Shown here piece after piece: positions 35,502-36,560 of a stretch of DNA of 36,560 bases. The translations under genes were made by a program, and so were the position numbers. The stretch comes from Octopus bimaculoides. Lineage: Eukaryota. Within the stretch, counting starts at the first letter, position 1. Every line of letters begins with the position of its first letter. The notes beneath the pieces were generated by a model that worked only from the letters and a program-made list of their open reading frames with translations, was not told the DNA's origin and did not search any database. The DNA is taken from positions 35,297,404 to 35,333,963 of the forward strand of contig NC_068984.1 in NCBI RefSeq assembly GCF_001194135.2, given 5' to 3'.

Positions 35502-36525
35502 TTGCTTGCTTAAAGGTTATTTGGTATCCGTGGTTGAAACTTCATTACGAGCGTTTAGAATAATCGAATGAGTTGCTTCCCCTCTTCGTTTTTGATGTGT
35601 AATTGAAAGTTATTGATATGACTTGACAGACATATTCTATGAAAAACCTGCCAGACATAACGGTAGGGAAGCACCTGATCTCCTTATGTGTAGGATGTTT
35701 TGTTAAATTTGTTCTATGTTAATTATTTACTTGCTAATACATTATAAAATAGTTTGTAAAATCTAGGTTAAACAAAAGCATATTAATTTTGAAAGTTGAC
35801 CCTCATTGGCCAAATGACAAATTCCCATCTAGTAGTCCGACTTTGATTAAATTTTCTGGCTAATATTCTTCTATTTACTTCACAATTACACGCAGAGCAC
35901 TTTCCATTATGAATGTCTTTGTGTATATGCGTGCATAATATGGTTACACAGATTAACAAGTTCTACAGCATAAAGTTTATAATTGTATTTAGCAAGAACC
36001 ATGTGCATGCAAATATAGTTCTTGTTGTTTATCCGTAAGCCAGGAAATGAGGAGCGTATGAGCAAAGATATCTTAGCAATGGTCATTTATTATTTTATGT
36101 GAATATTATATACTTCGCTATTTCTACAAAATATCTTTTCAAAAAACAGTTTGAACGAGTTTGAGTGAGTTTGAGCAAAAGTGGTTAACATTCATAGTAA
36201 CTCGAATGATATCTAATAGGATCTATTGGTACGTCGATATAACATAGTTTTATGTTTGACAGTGATGGATTCAGTAAGCTACTGCATACGAATCTCACAC
36301 TTTCAATGCATATTCATTCTCCTTCACTAAAATCGTGCTATACACATATTTAACATTCAATCACGTACTTAATTTCGTAGCCTTGAACGTTGGTATGGGT
36401 GTGCCAGGCGAATGAGAGTAGGGCAGATTTGAGCATTACTTTCAATAATTTTGATTCCAGAGAGAATATAATATAGGCAGTTAGAAAGAAAAGAAAACTG
36501 ATACATATTGCATATCAGTGTGCAG

Positions 36526-36560
<35 letters not shown>

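Noticed and set aside
1-36560. CRISPR array, rRNA or prokaryotic systems
   Set aside because: No repeat-spacer arrays, rRNA motifs or operon-like ORFs; the sequence is eukaryotic repeat DNA.

Overview
Repeat-dense animal genomic scaffold with many N gaps and AT, CA/GT, TAA and GAA microsatellites. The SINE and LINE types and the microsatellite load suggest an octopus or other cephalopod (inference, not a database result). I see no intact protein-coding gene, rRNA, functional tRNA or CRISPR array. The window is mostly decayed retroelements: (1) Penelope-like (PLE) fragments, namely a GIY-YIG endonuclease at 478-1053 on the minus strand, an RT at about 22215-22760, and LTR-like pieces with hammerhead-ribozyme core motifs; (2) a HERO/R2-like 5' fragment; (3) a cluster of at least five R4/Dong-like RLE-LINE pieces at 10982-18055, including a tail-to-tail fused pair; (4) Tx1/L1 and RTE 3' fragments; (5) several tRNA-derived SINEs. 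One host-derived sequence is recognisable: a disrupted, apparently intronless INCENP copy at 3552-4390 with the E/K/R helix and IN-box. The most notable signals are a tRNA-derived Pol III head 28 bp after the PLE endonuclease stop with an inverted hammerhead-like segment on the other side, a second hammerhead-like motif at about 30.3 kb, a small TIR element rich in palindromes, and a few candidate plus-strand exons of an unidentified host gene.
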